Shown here: one piece after another, positions 60,154 through 64,000 of the stretch
Numbering within the stretch: position 1 is the stretch's first letter
How the letters are laid out: each line of letters opens with the position of its first letter
Source: an uncultured Acidobacteriota bacterium
GTDB taxonomy: Bacteria > Acidobacteriota > Thermoanaerobaculia > UBA5066 > Gp7-AA6
Assembly (NCBI GenBank): GCA_963825175.1
Contig: CAWGSA010000002.1
Coordinates: 94,346 to 158,345, forward strand
Reading direction: 5' to 3'
Length of the DNA stretch: 64,000 nucleotides
The notes under the pieces: model-generated
The model's input: only the letters and a program-made list of their open reading frames with translations
Database searches by the model: none
Told to the model about the DNA's origin: nothing
Program-made: the position numbers and the translations under genes

Positions 60154-61584
60154 ATGGCCCATTCCATTCGGGGGCTCATCCTGGCTTTTCTGCTGGGCTC
60201 GGTCTTGTCCGCAAGCGGCCGGGCTGCGCCGGCGCCGCCGATGCCCACGCGGGCCTTCTTCGAAGCTCATCGCGAGAAACTCCTGGCGCAGCTGCCGCCG
60301 GGCGCGATCGCCGTCTTTCATTCCGCTCCCGAGACGACGGTCGAGACGAGCCCGGACCCGTACCGCCAGGACTCGGACTTCTGGTACCTGACGGGCCTGG
60401 ACGAGCCCAACGCGATCGCGCTTTTTCTGCCCGCCGCGTCCGGAGTGCGCCGTTTCGTTCTCTTCGTCCAGCCCAAGGATTTTGCCGACGAGCAGTGGAC
60501 CGGATGGCGCGCCGGCGTCGAGGGAGCGAAGGACGAGTACGCAGCCGGTGACGCCTATCCCCTGACTGAGTTCTGGAGCCGTTTTGCCCGTCTCGCGGCG
60601 GAGTCCCAGAGCCTGTACGCGGAGTCCGGGGGCGACGAGGAGTTCCAGGGCCGGCTCCTGCGGGCCTGGAACGCGTCCAACGGGAACGCGACGGCTCCGC
60701 GGCCCGTGTCGGAGGCCTCACCGATTCTGGCCGCGCTGCGGCTGGTCAAGGATTCCGTGGAACAGGATCTCCTGCGTGAGGCCAGCGCAATCTCCGCGGA
60801 GGCGCACAAAGCGGCGATGGCCGCGGCCGCGCCGGGCGGCCACGAGTACGATCTGAAAGCGGTGATGGTGGGCCTTTGCCTGGCCCGCGGAGCGGCGCGC
60901 ATGGCCTATCCGCCCATCGTCGCGTCCGGCCGCAACTCCGTCATCCTCCATCACGAGCGGGACGACAAGGCGCTGGTGGCCGGAGAGATCCTGGTCAACG
61001 ACACGGGCTGCGAGTACCAGATGTACGCCGCGGACGTCACACGGACCTATCCCGTCTCCGGGCGGTTCTCGCCCGAGCAGAAGGCGATCTACGAGATCGT
61101 GCTCGCGGCGCAGAAGGCCGGTTTCGCGGCGGTCAAGCCGGGAACGCCGTTCAAGGACGTGCACCTGGCCACCGTCCGTGTCGTGGTGGACGGGCTCTTG
61201 AAGCTCGGCATCTTGACCGGCGACCGCGACGAGATCCTTCGCACGCGCGCCTACCAGAAGTTCTATCCGCACGGCTCGAGCCACTGGATCGGCCTGAACG
61301 TCCACGACGTCGGCAGCTACGGCTATCCCATCGGCGTCCCGCGCCTCGAGCGCTACGGCCTGGCGCAGACGAAGCTCGAGCCGGGGATGGCCCTGACCGT
61401 CGAGCCCGGGATCTACATCCCCGAGAAGTCCACGGCCGATCCGAAATGGTCCAACATCGGAGTGCGCATCGAGGACACCGTCCTGGTCACGCCGGGCGGC
61501 ATGGAGTGTCTCTCGTGCGCCGCGCCGCGCGAGCTGGCGGACGTGGAAAAAGCGGTCGGCGAGCACAAGATTCGTTCGCGCTGA
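60154..61584 (+). CDS. pepP: Xaa-Pro aminopeptidase (M24B), secreted
   Basis: Signal MAHSIRGLILAFLLGSVLSASGRAAPA. AMP_N domain is present. The M24 pita-bread motifs are present (YAADVTRTYPVSG; HGSSHWIGLNVHD; LTVEPGIY; GVRIEDTVLVT). Confidence 0.9.
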   Translation: MAHSIRGLILAFLLGSVLSASGRAAPAPPMPTRAFFEAHREKLLAQLPPGAIAVFHSAPETTVETSPDPYRQDSDFWYLTGLDEPNAIALFLPAASGVRRFVLFVQPKDFADEQWTGWRAGVEGAKDEYAAGDAYPLTEFWSRFARLAAESQSLYAESGGDEEFQGRLLRAWNASNGNATAPRPVSEASPILAALRLVKDSVEQDLLREASAISAEAHKAAMAAAAPGGHEYDLKAVMVGLCLARGAARMAYPPIVASGRNSVILHHERDDKALVAGEILVNDTGCEYQMYAADVTRTYPVSGRFSPEQKAIYEIVLAAQKAGFAAVKPGTPFKDVHLATVRVVVDGLLKLGILTGDRDEILRTRAYQKFYPHGSSHWIGLNVHDVGSYGYPIGVPRLERYGLAQTKLEPGMALTVEPGIYIPEKSTADPKWSNIGVRIEDTVLVTPGGMECLSCAAPRELADVEKAVGEHKIRSR

Positions 61585-61621
61585 CCGCGCCGCGGCCGGG
61601 AAAGACCCGACGCCGGCGGCC

Positions 61622-63658
61622 TCACTTCATTGCCGCGTTCCACTCCGCTTGCCCCCGCGCCAGGACGTCGGGCAAATCGGCGGGCAGCAAGAACCGCTCC
61701 TCGATCAGCCGCAGGGCGGCTCCCGCGTAGAGGCCGAGGAAGCGCTCGCGGTCGCCGTAGCGCTCCTCGATCGATCGCCGAGGATCTTGCGTCTTCTCCC
61801 GATCGGCGGCGGTCCTGGGGAACGGATCGTACGAGCCGATGAAACTCACGCGCTCGCCGGGGAATCCGGTCTTGGGATCGCGCAGGTTCCAGCCGGTGGT
61901 GGTCGCGACGGGAACCTCCATTTCGGGCAGGCGGACGCCGGAGAGATCGTTGCCGTCCGCGTCCACCCGGGGCACGAGCGTGGCGAACGGCTTGCCGACG
62001 TGGGGCGGCTCGAACGAGACGATGCCCTCCTTCCAGCGGGGGCCGTAGTCCGTCCGAAAGGCCTGGTGCGGCCGCGCCGGAGGAGAGAGGCCGGGCACTG
62101 GAGGAAATGAAAAGGCCTCACGCGCCACGAGAGTTCCGTCGGACACCTTCGGAACGCGGCTCTGCGGGGGAGCGACGCCGTCGCGAACCCAGGCTTCCAT
62201 GTCCTCGAACAGGGCCCTCCAGATCCAGGCGATCGGATTGGGATTCTGCGGAAACGTCCCCCGCAAGCCGCGCGACGGCTCGGTGGTCGGTGGAAACGGT
62301 CCGGAGAAATGCTGCAGGCCGGCCAGGAAATAGATGCGCACGTTCTCCGAGATCGGCACGTCCCGGGACCCGTCCGGCGACGTGGAAACAAGGGACGCGG
62401 CGCGCGACCAGTACTCGTAGGAGGTGTTCGTCAGGAAGATTCTCGGCACGACATGCTCGGCCTGCGCCCGGTCGAGAATCCCGCCGGTTTCTCCCGTCTC
62501 CGGGTCGGTTTGCGGTAGATCGGTGAACGGGAAGAGATCGGTGGGATAGAAGAGCGTGTTCACGGGCTGCGCGTCGCGCGACGGCTGGGCGAAGCGGTGG
62601 TTGAAGCTGCCGATGCCGGCGCCCGCGACGTGGACGAAGAGTCCGTCGAAGACCGGACGCCCGTCCTCGTCGGCGTTGAATCCCTGCGCCACGAAGTGCC
62701 TCAGAAACCTTCCGCACTGCGAGATGCCCAGGCCGTAGGCGCGGCGGACGGTGGCAGCCATGGACGGATCGTGCTTGAAGAACGAAACGGCGTCGCGGAT
62801 CGCCGCCAGACCGGCCCCCGCCACGCGCGGGTCGCGCGCCACGTACACGACTTCATAGATTTTTCCGGGTTGGAATCCGCCGTCCATCCAGACGGAACGG
62901 TCATCGGCGACCGGACGCCCCTTTTCTTCCCTGGCGAAACGCCAGCGGTTGCGCGCGACGGCGCGGCGAGGCGCGAACGGGCCGTCTCGCTCGGTCAAGA
63001 CGTTCCTGGCGTCGCCGGGCGCGGCGACGGGGTAGCTCGTCCCGCCGATCGAGCCCCCGATCACGTGCCCGAGAGGATGGGACGAGGCGGCCTCGTCCAC
63101 CACGAAGTCGGCGCGGACGAGCCCGGTGATCGGTTTTCCATGGTCCCGCGCCACGGGCGCGTCGAGCCTCAGAAGCCCGGGTTCGTCGCGGACGTCCCAC
63201 TGCCATCCGACCCACGCCACGGTGACGCCGCGGCGCATCAGGAACCCGTCGCCCAGCTGTTCTGGAGTCGTCGGATCGACCGAGCCGCGGCCGCGGTTCA
63301 TCAACGCGAGGATCCCCTTGCCGCCGCGGTTGGGAACTTCCAGGAGCATCGTTCCGCTCGAACGGGACGGGTCCTTGGGCCGCAGGAGGTAGAAGTCCGA
63401 CCAGAACTCCACTTCTCCTCGGGCGTTGCGCGGCGCGAGCGCGAGGTCGACGATGCCGCGGTTGTGGGGGTTGTCGGGAGAGGCCGCGAAGTACATCCGG
63501 CCCGAGACCTTCTCGTAGGCGCCCGCTGGACCGAACGCTTTTCCGTCGGCGACGTCCGAGCGGGCGCGCACCTCCAGCCGGACGACGCGGGCCGGGACCG
63601 GACGCGAGGCCAGAACGAGCACGGCGGCGCAGAGGAATCGAAACAGGGCTCGTTTCAT
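61622..63658 (-). CDS. large secreted protein with an alpha/beta-hydrolase-like domain (function unknown)
   Basis: MKRALFRFLCAAVLVLASRPVPA signal. 678 aa with no canonical GxSxG seen by eye. Overall it looks like a secreted hydrolase or hydrolase-like protein. Confidence 0.45.
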   Translation of the reverse strand: MKRALFRFLCAAVLVLASRPVPARVVRLEVRARSDVADGKAFGPAGAYEKVSGRMYFAASPDNPHNRGIVDLALAPRNARGEVEFWSDFYLLRPKDPSRSSGTMLLEVPNRGGKGILALMNRGRGSVDPTTPEQLGDGFLMRRGVTVAWVGWQWDVRDEPGLLRLDAPVARDHGKPITGLVRADFVVDEAASSHPLGHVIGGSIGGTSYPVAAPGDARNVLTERDGPFAPRRAVARNRWRFAREEKGRPVADDRSVWMDGGFQPGKIYEVVYVARDPRVAGAGLAAIRDAVSFFKHDPSMAATVRRAYGLGISQCGRFLRHFVAQGFNADEDGRPVFDGLFVHVAGAGIGSFNHRFAQPSRDAQPVNTLFYPTDLFPFTDLPQTDPETGETGGILDRAQAEHVVPRIFLTNTSYEYWSRAASLVSTSPDGSRDVPISENVRIYFLAGLQHFSGPFPPTTEPSRGLRGTFPQNPNPIAWIWRALFEDMEAWVRDGVAPPQSRVPKVSDGTLVAREAFSFPPVPGLSPPARPHQAFRTDYGPRWKEGIVSFEPPHVGKPFATLVPRVDADGNDLSGVRLPEMEVPVATTTGWNLRDPKTGFPGERVSFIGSYDPFPRTAADREKTQDPRRSIEERYGDRERFLGLYAGAALRLIEERFLLPADLPDVLARGQAEWNAAMK

Positions 63659-63776
63659 GGGGTCGAGGCTACCTCAGGGACGGCCGATCTTTCCCAAATG
63701 GTGCGGTTCCGGCAGAATCCGGGTCGTGACGGAAGCCGCGCGCGCTCTCTCCAAGAGGGGCTCGATCCTGGTCGCA

Positions 63777-64000
63777 ATGGCGGCGGTGCTCGTGGGAGCC
63801 GCGATCGTCGCGGTCTCCGTCCTGGGCAACGCTTCGAGCTTCCACGCGCCCCGCTGGGTGGTTGCGTGCGCGGGGGGGTCCTTTCTGTTCTTCGGCGGCT
63901 GGACCGCCGCCGTCGACGCGCTGGGCTTCGACCCGGCGCGCCCGCAGGAGACTCTTCCATCCTCCTTCGTGCAGCTGCTGGTCTTCATTCCGGGGATGCT
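63777..64000 (+). CDS. hypothetical membrane protein, N-terminal fragment (runs off the window end)
   Basis: MAAVLVGAAIVAVSVLGNASSFHAPRWVVACAGGSFLFFGGWTAAV... has two hydrophobic helices. It is truncated by the window boundary. Confidence 0.3.
   Translation, partial: MAAVLVGAAIVAVSVLGNASSFHAPRWVVACAGGSFLFFGGWTAAVDALGFDPARPQETLPSSFVQLLVFIPGM

Overview
This 64 kb window is a high-GC (roughly 68-70 %) bacterial chromosomal segment with genes on both strands and one conspicuous low-GC (about 50-55 %) insert at roughly 17.1-21.2 kb. Gene content (GH47 mannosidase, WXXGXW-repeat proteins, several Ser/Thr kinases, c-di-GMP enzymes) resembles a soil Acidobacteria- or Myxococcota-like organism; this is inference only.

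Gene content, start to end:
- glgC (partial) and glgA.
- A complete SUF Fe-S assembly operon on the minus strand (sufB-sufC-sufD-sufS-sufU-sufT), followed by an Rrf2/IscR-like regulator and two small exported proteins.
- A FecR-domain/WXXGXW-repeat protein, a DCC-thiol-oxidoreductase/lipase-maturation-factor fusion, ExbD, and an aconitase-family gene.
- The low-GC island, which carries a tandemly duplicated ECF-sigma-like gene plus small-ORF unit.
- SAM methyltransferase, GT4 glycosyltransferase, a BlaI/BlaR1 pair, NUDIX, and a large beta-propeller/GGDEF sensor.
- A long minus-strand cluster (about 30-39.5 kb): two paralogous pseudokinase-like proteins, a WXXGXW secreted protein, a stand-alone GspE_N (MshEN-like) protein, an M13 peptidase, a small acidic protein and a methyltransferase.
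- MFS transporter, SPFH protein, YiiX-like peptidase, CPA antiporter, an XRE regulator with a DUF4130/family-4 UDG, RRM protein, fatty-acid desaturase, GH47 alpha-mannosidase, cytochrome P450, thioredoxin, metallophosphoesterase, a Ser/Thr kinase-UspA fusion, a PAS-GGDEF-EAL protein, a polytopic membrane protein, Xaa-Pro aminopeptidase and a large secreted hydrolase-like protein.

Sequence quality: many conserved genes (sufB, the aconitase-family gene, the FecR gene, the DCC-LMF gene, the phosphoesterase, the YiiX-like gene, both ECF copies) need single-nucleotide frame corrections, often in short G/C runs, to restore conserved sequence. Two genes carry single in-frame stop codons at conserved positions. 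I read this mainly as an indel-rich consensus sequence rather than as mass pseudogenisation; calls spanning frames are flagged accordingly.

No rRNA, tRNA, CRISPR array or recognisable transposase/integrase was seen.

The most unusual content is the pseudokinase/WXXGXW/MshEN-like/M13/small-acidic-protein cluster with its duplicated components, and the low-GC island of duplicated ECF-sigma-like units.
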